This document shows positions 1 through 9,868 of a stretch of 64,000 bases of DNA, piece after piece; the first letter of the stretch is position 1, and each line of letters begins with the position of its first letter. The position numbers and the translations under genes were made by a program. Source of the DNA: Nostoc sp. (GTDB lineage: Bacteria > Cyanobacteriota > Cyanobacteriia > Cyanobacteriales > Nostocaceae); contig JBALDB010000029.1 of NCBI GenBank assembly GCA_036918135.1, positions 67,207 to 131,206 on the forward strand. Direction: 5' to 3'. The notes beneath the pieces are model-generated. The model was not told where the DNA came from and did not search any database. It saw only the letters and a list, made by a program, of their open reading frames with translations.

Positions 1-1
1 T

Positions 2-208
2 ATTTGGGCGATCGCTAAACAACAAGGCTTTAGCTGTTTCCTTTCACCTTTGCACAAAATCCTCCGCGAAGGTAATGAAGCTCAACAGTGGTTGCAGTTA
101 CATGCAGTTGGTGTTGATAGCCAACGCGTCATCACCCAAGCTATTACTGCCACTCAAGAACGGGAAATTGAACTCGAAGATAAATTGTGTTCATCTCTGC
201 TGGCTTAG
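2..208 (+). CDS. gshA: 3' end of glutamate--cysteine ligase (cyanobacterial type), truncated by window start
   Basis: Frame 2 reads IWAIAKQQGFSCFLSPLHKILREGNEAQQWLQ...EREIELEDKLCSSLLA*, resembling the cyanobacterial GshA C-terminus; TAG at 206-208. Confidence 0.75.
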   Translation: MWAIAKQQGFSCFLSPLHKILREGNEAQQWLQLHAVGVDSQRVITQAITATQEREIELEDKLCSSLLA

Positions 209-574
209 ACCAACAAGCTACAGCCTAGAGGAGTAGGGGAGGATGAGCGGGTGTGGGGAGATTATAAAAATTCCTGCACTCTCTATTCGGCTCATGCCTA
301 ATTGTCTTCAAACAAAAGGTAGATTTTCGTACAGACAATACTTCAGTTTAAAAAACACAACTAACTACCTCATCTACATAAAACTTAATATTTCCTGATT
401 TTCGCCTAATATGGTCTCAGACATTCTTCTAAGATGATTTGGGCTTCGTTTTAAATATCTAATCGATGGTGAATGCTTGATTATTATTAATAAAACCTAT
501 GAATAGCTTCTACCTTTTGGTAGATTTTACACGAGCTATAGATTATTTTATACAATACGTAAAATATACGGACA

Positions 575-1036
575 ATGCCTCAGGTAGTTTTAGTTAACCC
601 GCAAATTCCTCCCAATACAGGTAACATTGCTCGTACTTGTGCAGCTACGGATACAGAGTTACATTTAGTGGGGCCTTTAGGGTTTGAAATTAGCGATCGC
701 TACCTCAAAAGAGCTGGCTTAGATTACTGGCGTTATGTCAAGCTGCACTATCACGAATCGTTAGAAGCCTTTAAAATCGTACATCATGAGCGTGGAGGCA
801 GATGGTTGGGTTATAGTGTCGCCGGAAATATTAATTATGTCAGCTTTCAGTTTCAAGCTGATGATTGGTTACTATTTGGTAGTGAAACCACTGGCTTGCC
901 ACCAACAGTTCTGTCACATTGTGATGCTACTCTGTATATTCCGATGAGCCAACCTGGGGTTCGGAGCTTGAATCTATCAGTGAGTGTGGCAATCGGTTTA
1001 TTTGAAACCCGTCGTCAGTTAGGCTATTTACAATAG
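575..1036 (+). CDS. trmL: tRNA (cytidine/uridine-34 2'-O)-methyltransferase, SpoU family
   Basis: PQIPPNTGNIARTC, RAGLDYW, FGSETTGLP and RSLNLS motifs. Confidence 0.93.
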   Translation: MPQVVLVNPQIPPNTGNIARTCAATDTELHLVGPLGFEISDRYLKRAGLDYWRYVKLHYHESLEAFKIVHHERGGRWLGYSVAGNINYVSFQFQADDWLLFGSETTGLPPTVLSHCDATLYIPMSQPGVRSLNLSVSVAIGLFETRRQLGYLQ

Positions 1037-1832
1037 TTGTTTACTTAAATTATTATAAGTAGATATACTTGAGTTTTTTGCCAGACCAATCAGATGATTG
1101 ATTTGGGACGGCAAAAATTTCCTAGTTCCAATAAAAATCATGTTAAAAAATACACCTAAGAATGTATTTTTGAGCAAATTGTAGTGGAAGATACTTACAA
1201 GAGGGGCCAGGTTATTATAAGAAATTTGTATATTAAATTCGGGATAATGCCAAATTTGAATGATAGATTTTGATGAATTTGCAGCATTCCATATTGGGGA
1301 ACAAAAGTGTTAAAACTCAGTCATTGAGCGCATTTGAGCTATTTGAACTCGGATGACACTGAGATTGCGCCCCAAAAGTAGCCGATAGTTAATACGGTTG
1401 TTTTTTAGGGAATAATCAACGTAAAGTCTCGTGTTGGGAAGACGGATTGTGTAGAAATTTCTTGAAGATATCTACAGTAGGGGGCATCGCTTTTCCAGAA
1501 GTCGCAGCAATTTAATTCTCGGTAGCGACTATGGACTTGATAAACTATTTGCCATCACCGCGATTGACGCAAGACAGGCGCGGATAACGGCAAAAAGGAA
1601 AACGTCCTAAATGGTGGGTGTGAGGAGTGGTTAAGACAAGTAAACATCGCAAGTTTTAAGTTTTGTTAAAACATGTGAACTTGTCTAAATCAGAGAAGCA
1701 GGTTAATCTTGCGTAAGCATCTCTGGTGAATGCGATCTCGATCTATGGTTTGTTGCGATCTAAATCATTGACTGCTATGCAACTGAAAAATCGAGGTCAG
1801 TTAAGCGCTAGCGATCGTTAAGGAGGTCGTCT

Positions 1833-4115
1833 TTGAAACGAGCATTGAAAAAGAGAGTAAAAGCTGTGTTGAAAAATAACCCCAGCAGCGATGATGCCCC
1901 GGTAGAACAGCTAAATCAGATTAATCCAAAAGTTGACCGTCGGGTGCGGACAAAAGCCGCCATGATTGGCCTGGCAATCTCTATGGGAGCAACCAGTCTT
2001 TTGGTGACTCGACAAAGCGATCAAGCCCAAGCAGCAGTACCTGTAGGTAGCCAAAAGGCAACCTCAACTATTCCTGCTGTTCGTGACACTGAGGTGAAAT
2101 TCGCCTCCACCAAGCTGGAGTCTCAAGCAGTCTCATTACCGAGCGTGCCAGAAAATCCTGCGATCGTGGAACCAACAGCAGTTTCACAGTTGCCTGGGCT
2201 TGAGGCTAAATGGCAAGTTGCCGCCAGTAGAACGTCTTTGCAATTTCCTGCATCACAAACCTTTTCCCAAGCCACACCAGTTGATAAAAATGTCACTGAG
2301 TCGAAGCCACAGGTAGCAGAGGGGTTGAACAAAACCCTAGCTGAGACTAGTTTTCCAACAGTCAACAAGCTATCTGACCCTAGTGCTGAAGGTGTTTATG
2401 GCAGTACAAATCTGTTGCCGTCTGTCGTACCGCAAACAGTTGCAACATCAGGGACAGCCAACAGTGAAATAAATGCACAACTTAAGGCGCAACAAGAGTT
2501 TGCACTCAATCGCTTACAAGAAAAATCAAACCGTTTAAGAAACAGTCTGGCACAATTGCGCTCTGGGGAGAGCAAAAATTTATCAGAAACTGGTATCGGG
2601 AATACTGTAGTTGAGAAGACAGTATTAGCACAGTTAGGGACTTCTGGCGATGCTAGTAAAGCCAAGCTGAGATCGAGGTTAAAGCAGAAGACACAGAGCA
2701 ATGGAGTGGCATCACCTACACCAACAACATTGATTGCGTCCTCGACTAAAGCAGCCTACGAAGTCAAGCCGGGAGATACACTAGCTGCGATCGCTAGCAA
2801 ATACAATACATCAGTATCAGAACTAGTTAAGGTAAATAACCTTAGTAATCCCAATCAACTGCAAATAAATCAAAAACTGGTTATTCCAGTTGCTCAAATT
2901 CAGGCAACTGTAGCAACAAAACCCAGTTTTGTAGAGTCCATTAATACTCCCAAAGCCACCTCTTCTGTGAGCATTGGTAGTGCTAACTCATATTTACCTA
3001 GTTCACCGCCAACTATTGCTGGCAACAGTAGCGTTGCTGTCCCTATTCCAGTAACTGCGAACAATCAGATTCAAGTAAATAGTGCAACTGACTTACAAAC
3101 AGCTCCCATTACTCCTAAAGCTTATGGCGTAGGTGGTGAAATTCCAGTACCAAGAGCTTTTGCCGAAATCCAGCAACCTAAAAAACCGACAAATAGGGTA
3201 GCAAGGGTAAGCAATAACAATAACGATCGTTTGCGGGGCTTACAAGCAGAAATCCAGAGGTTACAGCAGAAATATCGCGCTCAACAGTCTGGCAATTTAG
3301 TAGTGTCAGCTACAACTACTGAAACTAAGAGTGCTGCAACACTGACTCCTGTTTCTACCCCCAATAATATCATTGTACCTAACTCGGTGTCTCAAGCGAA
3401 TAACGTCGCCATTCCAATTGCGGTTCCGACACCTATTAGAGCTAACTATAGCGCTCAACTAATTAAGCCTCAATTGCGTGCGACTTTACCCGCTGACGAA
3501 CCAATAAATCCAGAGTTCCTACCCAATTTAGGATCTGTTAGTCAGTGGACTCCTCCTCGCAATCCATCTGGCATCAAAGTTGCAACGCCTCCTAGAGGAG
3601 TAAATGCCTCGGATTCCATAGGAAAGACGCGCAGAACCATAGTTTCTCCGCAGGCAATACCACCTTTAGCAGCAGTGGATCAATATCTGCCTAGAGCGAT
3701 TGATGAAACTATACCTCCTCCATCTACTTCAACCTTAGCTTATATCTGGCCGACGAAGGGCACTCTCACTTCTGGCTTTGGTATGCGCTGGGGAAGACCG
3801 CACAAGGGAATTGATATTGCTAACTCTACTGGTACGCCAGTTACTGCTTCAGCTCAAGGTACGGTAGAAAAAGCTGGCTGGAACAGCGGTGGCTACGGTA
3901 ATGTTGTCGATATCCGCCATCCGGATGGTAGCTTGACTCGCTATGCTCATAACAGCAAGATTCTGGTGCAACCTGGTCAGCAGGTAAATCAGGGAGAAAC
4001 AATTGCTCTAATGGGTAGCACTGGTCATAGTACTGGTCCACACAGCCACTTTGAAATACATCCATCAGGCAAGGGTGCTGTTAACCCAATAGCTTTCCTA
4101 CCAGCACGTCTGTAA
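1833..4115 (+). CDS. LysM + M23 peptidoglycan peptidase (NlpD/MepM-like)
   Basis: LysM YEVKPGDTLAAIA...N; M23 motifs HKGID, YAH and HSTGPHSHFE; TTG start after AGGAGG RBS. Confidence 0.92.
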   Translation: MKRALKKRVKAVLKNNPSSDDAPVEQLNQINPKVDRRVRTKAAMIGLAISMGATSLLVTRQSDQAQAAVPVGSQKATSTIPAVRDTEVKFASTKLESQAVSLPSVPENPAIVEPTAVSQLPGLEAKWQVAASRTSLQFPASQTFSQATPVDKNVTESKPQVAEGLNKTLAETSFPTVNKLSDPSAEGVYGSTNLLPSVVPQTVATSGTANSEINAQLKAQQEFALNRLQEKSNRLRNSLAQLRSGESKNLSETGIGNTVVEKTVLAQLGTSGDASKAKLRSRLKQKTQSNGVASPTPTTLIASSTKAAYEVKPGDTLAAIASKYNTSVSELVKVNNLSNPNQLQINQKLVIPVAQIQATVATKPSFVESINTPKATSSVSIGSANSYLPSSPPTIAGNSSVAVPIPVTANNQIQVNSATDLQTAPITPKAYGVGGEIPVPRAFAEIQQPKKPTNRVARVSNNNNDRLRGLQAEIQRLQQKYRAQQSGNLVVSATTTETKSAATLTPVSTPNNIIVPNSVSQANNVAIPIAVPTPIRANYSAQLIKPQLRATLPADEPINPEFLPNLGSVSQWTPPRNPSGIKVATPPRGVNASDSIGKTRRTIVSPQAIPPLAAVDQYLPRAIDETIPPPSTSTLAYIWPTKGTLTSGFGMRWGRPHKGIDIANSTGTPVTASAQGTVEKAGWNSGGYGNVVDIRHPDGSLTRYAHNSKILVQPGQQVNQGETIALMGSTGHSTGPHSHFEIHPSGKGAVNPIAFLPARL

Positions 4116-4233
4116 TTCTTGGCTATCTGTAACTAAATTATTGCCTTGTTATTTGAGGGAGTTTATCTCCCTCTTTTGCTTTTTATTTAAAAACTGCTCT
4201 ACTAGGACAGTAGTACTATCTGTTGTCTTAATC

Positions 4234-4371
4234 AATGTGAGTTCGATGGATTCTGAAGAACCTCTCTCCGAAACGGGGAGAAGCTTAAAAACCCTATTCT
4301 TTCGTACCAAGTTGGAGATTTTTTGTCCCAACCTTACAAGGGTTAGGATTAGGTTCCGTCGAACTCATGTT
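4234..4371. mobile_element. MITE-like element with imperfect terminal inverted repeats
   Basis: AATGTGAGTTCGATGGA at 4234 versus TCCGTCGAACTCATGTT ending at 4371; non-coding interior. Confidence 0.55.
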
Positions 4372-4435
4372 ATTCGGGTAGGTTTAGAAAAATCGAGATT
4401 TTGCATAAAAGAAAAATATATCGCTGAGTAATAGT

Positions 4436-4541
4436 TATAGCAAGCGAATTAAAGGTTAGGACATCTTGAAAGCGTGGATTTAGGAATAGTAATGTTTTAC
4501 CTCCTGCCTCCAGCAAGAACTGCCTTCTACCTCCTGCTATA
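4436..4541 (+). repeat. Dispersed TATAGC...GCTATA miniature element, copy A
   Basis: Shares TTAGGACAT and TTTTACCTCCTGCCTCC...CTGCTATA with copies at 14322, 18450 and 39663. Confidence 0.75.
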
Positions 4542-4662
4542 TGAGCTAAAAATTAGAAATTTTATAGTTCATAGATAAGAACTAGTACTTTCATATTCTT
4601 CTAAAAATGAAATACTAGTACCTCATTATTCTTTTAAAAATTAAGAATTCGGAGTATTGATA

Positions 4663-6240
4663 ATGGCAATAAATTGGATTCCCGGCCCAGGACCTACTAA
4701 TGGGTCAGATACGGGTATTGGTGATGCAGCTTCTAATAGCTTCAGTGGTTTTGGTGGAAATGACACCCTTGATGGTGGCGCTGGTAATGACACTATCAAG
4801 GGTGGAACTGGTAACGACCTGCTACGAGGTGGCGAAGGTATCGATTATTTATATGGTGGGGATGGCAACGATACGATAGTAGGCGATCGCGGTAACGATA
4901 TCTTCAGTGGTGGCAACGGTGATGACCGACTAATTTGGAACAACGGTGACGGTAGCGACAGAATCAGCGGTAACGCTGGCTATGACGTAGTTGAGGTCAA
5001 CGGTGCAACTGCTGCTGGTAACAACTTCCGACTGCAAAAAGACGCTTATGGAAAAGCAATCTTTGACCGCCTCAACCTTGGGCCGTTCACTTTAACTGTA
5101 GATACTGCTGAGAGATTTGAGGTCAATGGTGGTGGTGGTGATGACATCTTTGATGTCAATGACCTCACAGGGACGGGGCTAAGTGCAGTACGGTTCTCTG
5201 GTGGTGCTGGCAATGACTTGCTTGATGGTAGTGGCACAGCTACACCCTTAACTGGTTTCGGTGGTGATGGTTATGACACTCTAATTGGTGGAACTGGAAA
5301 TGACAACCTTTATGGTGATGCTAATAATGACCTGTTACGAGGTGGCGAAGGTATCGATTATTTATATGGTGGGGATGGCAACGATACGATAGTAGGCGAT
5401 CGCGGTAACGATATCTTCAGTGGTGGCAACGGTGATGACCGACTAATTTGGAACAACGGTGACGGTAGCGACAGAATCAGCGGTAACGCTGGCTATGACG
5501 TAGTTGAGGTCAACGGTGCAACTGCTGCTGGTAACAACTTCCGACTGCAAAAAGACGCTTATGGAAAAGCAATCTTTGACCGCCTCAACCTTGGGCCGTT
5601 CACTTTAACTGTAGATACTGCTGAGAGATTTGAGGTCAATGGTGGTGGTGGTGATGACATCTTTGATGTCAATGACCTCACAGGGACGGGGCTAAGTGCA
5701 GTACGGTTCTCTGGTGGTGCTGGCAATGACTTGCTTGATGGTAGTGGCACAGCTACACCCTTAACTGGTTTCGGTGGTGATGGTTATGACACTCTAATTG
5801 GTGGAACTGGAAATGACAACCTTTATGGTGATGCTAATAATGACCTGTTACGAGGTGGTAAAGGTAATGATATCCTGACTGGTGGTGGTGGTAGCGATCG
5901 CTTTGTGTTTAACTCAGGCACTTCGTTCTATGCTGCGGATCTGGGTGTGGATAAAATTACTGACTTCACTCATACTTATGACAAAGTAGTCTTGGATAAA
6001 ACAACTTTCGTTGGACTCAACAATCTGTCCCAGATTGCGATCGTAGCTAATGACGCCGCTGCCGCCACTAGCTCTGGATTGATTACTTACAGTCTTGGAA
6101 CTGGTAACTTGTTCTTCAACCAAAACTTAGCATCAGCAGGCTTTGGTACAGGTGGTCTGTTTACCAACATTGATAACGATAACAATTCCTGGACAGCACC
6201 ACCAGTATTAGCAGCTACGGACTTTGAGATTGTTGCTTAA
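4663..6240 (+). CDS. RTX/hemolysin-type calcium-binding repeat protein
   Basis: Many GGxGxDxLx nonapeptides; C-terminal DRFVF...DKITDF...DFEIV tail typical of type I-secreted proteins; GGAG RBS at 4651. Confidence 0.9.
   Translation: MAINWIPGPGPTNGSDTGIGDAASNSFSGFGGNDTLDGGAGNDTIKGGTGNDLLRGGEGIDYLYGGDGNDTIVGDRGNDIFSGGNGDDRLIWNNGDGSDRISGNAGYDVVEVNGATAAGNNFRLQKDAYGKAIFDRLNLGPFTLTVDTAERFEVNGGGGDDIFDVNDLTGTGLSAVRFSGGAGNDLLDGSGTATPLTGFGGDGYDTLIGGTGNDNLYGDANNDLLRGGEGIDYLYGGDGNDTIVGDRGNDIFSGGNGDDRLIWNNGDGSDRISGNAGYDVVEVNGATAAGNNFRLQKDAYGKAIFDRLNLGPFTLTVDTAERFEVNGGGGDDIFDVNDLTGTGLSAVRFSGGAGNDLLDGSGTATPLTGFGGDGYDTLIGGTGNDNLYGDANNDLLRGGKGNDILTGGGGSDRFVFNSGTSFYAADLGVDKITDFTHTYDKVVLDKTTFVGLNNLSQIAIVANDAAAATSSGLITYSLGTGNLFFNQNLASAGFGTGGLFTNIDNDNNSWTAPPVLAATDFEIVA
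4823..5858 (+). repeat. Exact tandem duplication, period 513 bp (171 aa)
   Basis: 4823-5345 reads identical to 5336-5858; identical antisense ORFs at 5046 and 5559 confirm the 513 offset. Confidence 0.92.
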
Positions 6241-6674
6241 TTACTACATATCTCTCAAAATCCATAGATTCTCTGGCATGTCTGCAAATTCGCAGCTAGA
6301 TTCCAATAGCCGCAATCATTAGCACTGCTAACTAGCGTTAATTGAATTCTCCTCGTACCTCAAGTACGGGGAGGATTATAATTTGTTTGCTTGGATTAAA
6401 AATGATTATCTATAAGTATTTAAAATAAAAATTATATAATTGGTAGAATATTTTAATTTACAAAAATTAATATTTAGATGAAATTATTTTAATTTTATGG
6501 GAATAATTCTCAATTATCTAACGAATTTGTTATGTTTGAGAGCTTGACTCAAATGAGTTACTTTTGATATTCTCAATTTACTCGATAAAATTAGCCCATT
6601 TTGTAAGTTTTTGGGCTAATTACTAGATTTTAGTTGCTTTTTTTCAACTAGTTTTACCGATGGGACAATAAAAT

Positions 6675-7862
6675 TTAACTCACTACAGATGGTTTGTAAC
6701 TATACACCCATTTGTGAAAATCATTATTGAGCGTCATTTGCCGCTCCTGTGTGTGATTAGAAGATGTAAAGTCGTCGTAGTAGCGCATCTCACCCGCAGC
6801 ACTACGAGCTTGAATGACTTTTGTGCGCTCTATGCGCTGCTGTTCGTAGCTAGTTAGGGCTGCTTCGATAGTAGCCGAGTCGGAAAAACACTCTGCCAGC
6901 TCGTAGGCATCTTCAAAAGTGGTATTAGCTCCTTGTCCCATAGCAGGTGCCATTGGATGGGCGGCATCGCCTAAGAGAGTAACTCTGGCTTGGCTCCAGT
7001 GGGCTAGAGGTGGGCGATCGCAAATTGGCCCTTCCCAAATTTGCTCGGCTGGTGTCGCTTCCACCACTGCTCGAAAGGATTTGTCCCAATCGGCTAATTC
7101 TTGGAGAATGCGAGATTTGACCTCATCCGCGTTTTGACAAAGAGAGTAATCCGGCGAAAACTTACGACTAATCCAACTGGTATAGCCACCTCCCACATTC
7201 AGAATGTACATGAACTGTTTATTGCCTTTGACGAAAACGAGTTGATAGTCATTAAAAAGCTCGTGGTGATACTCGATTACGGCACGCCAGCACATACTAC
7301 CAATATAATTAGGCTGACCCTCGCCAAATAAAGTTTCTCTGATGACGGAGTTGACACCATCGGCCCCAATTAACAAATCTGCATGTACTGGTTTTTGACC
7401 ATCAAAATATACTTCCACACCGTTTTCATCTTGGTGAAAGCCGATGCAGCGATGATTCAGGTGAATAATCTCAGATGGCAATCTGGATGCCAAGACTTGC
7501 TGCAAACGATACCACCAAACAGTCAATAATGGCTGTCCGTATTGCTCTAAATATTTAGTTTGATTAGTGCGAATTGTTTCTCCCTGAATATTCTTTAAAA
7601 CCGTGTGGTTAACTTCGCATCCTGAGCTTTTAAGGGTTTCGACTATTCCCGGCGCGATCGCATTTAAGGCATTCAAGCCATTGGGAGCTAGTCCTAGTCC
7701 GGTTCCAGCCGGACGAAATTGTTGTGCCCTCTCATACACTTGAACGTCAATACCCTGGCTTTTGAGTGCGATAGCAGTAGCCAAACCACCCGGGCCAGCA
7801 CCAACGATTGCAACTTTCTTTACTATTGCTGGAGATAATTTCTGAGTCAGATTTTTGTTCAT
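6675..7862 (-). CDS. FAD-dependent monooxygenase (UbiH/aromatic hydroxylase class)
   Basis: GAGPGG, DLLIGADG and LLGDAAHPM..GQG fingerprints. Confidence 0.9.
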   Translation of the reverse strand: MNKNLTQKLSPAIVKKVAIVGAGPGGLATAIALKSQGIDVQVYERAQQFRPAGTGLGLAPNGLNALNAIAPGIVETLKSSGCEVNHTVLKNIQGETIRTNQTKYLEQYGQPLLTVWWYRLQQVLASRLPSEIIHLNHRCIGFHQDENGVEVYFDGQKPVHADLLIGADGVNSVIRETLFGEGQPNYIGSMCWRAVIEYHHELFNDYQLVFVKGNKQFMYILNVGGGYTSWISRKFSPDYSLCQNADEVKSRILQELADWDKSFRAVVEATPAEQIWEGPICDRPPLAHWSQARVTLLGDAAHPMAPAMGQGANTTFEDAYELAECFSDSATIEAALTSYEQQRIERTKVIQARSAAGEMRYYDDFTSSNHTQERQMTLNNDFHKWVYSYKPSVVS

Positions 7863-8358
7863 ATAAAAGTTAAATAAAAATCACAATTGGTAAATTTGAA
7901 ATATCCTCACCAATAAATCCGCTACTTCTGGAAGTTTACATTTAAGCCAAACCCATATTTGCTATTTTTACTCCTGAGTATTTTCTCAGTCAATCTTCCT
8001 GAAGAATCAACTATGCATTAATATTTTAGTGGTTTGTCATCAGCCTTGTGGTTGGTGGTGGTAACAAAAACTGCACGCCTTGAGTACTTTTACTCAATCA
8101 TTGATTTTAGTAATTTATTCTCAAAATTTTAGTTCAATTACTCACAAAAATTCTTCTCAAGTATAGAACTTGCTAAATTCTTTTTAGATTCAAAAAATAT
8201 TAAAAATCAATGTTGGACTGCAATTGAACTCACCTTACGTGTATATTAGTTTAAGTATTGCAAGTTTTTCAGTCAGTTAATTACCACGTCTGTCTGATTT
8301 TTAACTCAGCACTATTTTGCTGAAACTAATGATGTAATTATTAGCCTCTGCATAAAAC

Positions 8359-8907
8359 ATGGAAAAGAATTCCTTCGCTGCAATCACTTCAAACTCTCTT
8401 TCCCAAGAATTCAAAATATTGAGTTCGCAGGAAGCAGAGTTATCATTGAATGTGAATAATCAGTCCTACTCACTCAAGCTAGAACCTCGTGTTACTTTAC
8501 TTGATGCCCTACGGGAAAAGCTGGGTTTGATGGGCACAAAAAAAGCTTGCGATCGCGGTGAATGTGGTGCATGTACTGTATTAGTTAATAATCGGCGAAT
8601 TAATTCCTGTATGACCTTAGCGGTAATGCACGTTGGGGCTACAATCACTACTATTGAGGGATTAGCAGCAGATGACAAACTCCACCCTCTACAAACAGCT
8701 TTTATCACTCACGATGCTTTTCAATGTGGATACTGCACATCTGGACAAATTGTATCTGCTGTAGGGATGATATTGGAAGAAACGCCAAAATCGGAAGCAG
8801 AAATTCGTGAAAAAATGAGTGGCAACCTTTGTCGCTGTGGAGCGTATCCTAATATTATTGCCGCGATTCAAGATGTCCTAGAGGAAAGGGAAGATGCAGC
8901 CATTTAG
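8359..8907 (+). CDS. Xanthine dehydrogenase family 2Fe-2S subunit (PaoA/YagT-like)
   Basis: GTKKACDRGECGACTV, QCGYCTSG and GNLCRCG motifs. Confidence 0.93.
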   Translation: MEKNSFAAITSNSLSQEFKILSSQEAELSLNVNNQSYSLKLEPRVTLLDALREKLGLMGTKKACDRGECGACTVLVNNRRINSCMTLAVMHVGATITTIEGLAADDKLHPLQTAFITHDAFQCGYCTSGQIVSAVGMILEETPKSEAEIREKMSGNLCRCGAYPNIIAAIQDVLEEREDAAI

Positions 8908-9868
8908 TTATACTAAAGTTACTTCTCAAGAAATTGCGATCGCTACAATAGAAGAAGATAAAACTGCGGCATTCATTGCAGGTGGAACTGATTTATTGGG
9001 ATTGATGAAGGATGGAGTACAAGTAGCGAATACATTAATTGATATTAATAGTTTACCTTTAGCAGATATTGAATTGAAAAGTAATGGAATTCGCATCGGT
9101 GCAATCTCCCGAATGAGTGATGTAGCTTTTCATCCCCAAGTTAAAGAGTGTTATCCAGTAATTAGTCAGGCTTTGCTCCAAAGTGCTTCACCGCAACTGC
9201 GAAATATGGCAACTGTAGCTGGTAATTTATTGCAACGAGTCCGTTGCGGGTACTTTCGCGACCCGGTTTTTCCTTGTAATAAACGTGTTCCAGGTATAGG
9301 TTGTGCCGCCATTACAGGCTACAATCGGATGCACGCTATTTTTGGAGCTAGCGAAGATTGTATTGCCGTTCATCCATCAGATTTAGCTGTAGCTTTGACT
9401 GCATTAGATGCAGTAGTTTGCATTCAAGGAGCAGAAAAAATACGGCGAATTTCAATTCATGATTTTTATTTATTGCCAGGTGAAACACCAGAAAAAGAAA
9501 CTTTATTAGAGCCGGGAGAATTAATAGTCGCTATTGAAATTCCCGATTTTGCATATAAATCTCATTATTTAAAAGTTAGAGATAGAGCTAGTTATGAATT
9601 TGCTCTGGTTTCCGTAGCTATTGCTTTAGAAATAGAAGAAGATATTATCAAATCGGCACGCATTGCTTTCGGAGGAGTAGCGCCTAAACCTTGGCGTGGA
9701 TGGGAAGTTGAAGAATTCCTCAAAGGAAAAGTAATTAATCCAACTACATTCGCAGCCGCAGCCGAACTCGCAATCAAAGAAGCGAAACCGCAAACACACA
9801 ATGAATTCAAAATTGAATTAGTCAAACGCGTTTTAATCCGCGCCCTCTCAGTTGTATCAGAATTATGA
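8894..9868 (+). CDS. Xanthine dehydrogenase family FAD subunit (PaoB/YagS-like)
   Basis: AGGTDL, RNMATVAGNL, Cys-rich insert RCGYFRD..CNK...C...CIAVHPSD. Confidence 0.92.
   Translation: MQPFSYTKVTSQEIAIATIEEDKTAAFIAGGTDLLGLMKDGVQVANTLIDINSLPLADIELKSNGIRIGAISRMSDVAFHPQVKECYPVISQALLQSASPQLRNMATVAGNLLQRVRCGYFRDPVFPCNKRVPGIGCAAITGYNRMHAIFGASEDCIAVHPSDLAVALTALDAVVCIQGAEKIRRISIHDFYLLPGETPEKETLLEPGELIVAIEIPDFAYKSHYLKVRDRASYEFALVSVAIALEIEEDIIKSARIAFGGVAPKPWRGWEVEEFLKGKVINPTTFAAAAELAIKEAKPQTHNEFKIELVKRVLIRALSVVSEL

Noticed and set aside
1600..1645. Yfr1 gene itself on the minus strand
   Set aside because: Motif lacks the flanking stem and terminator of Yfr1, so it was treated as a target site
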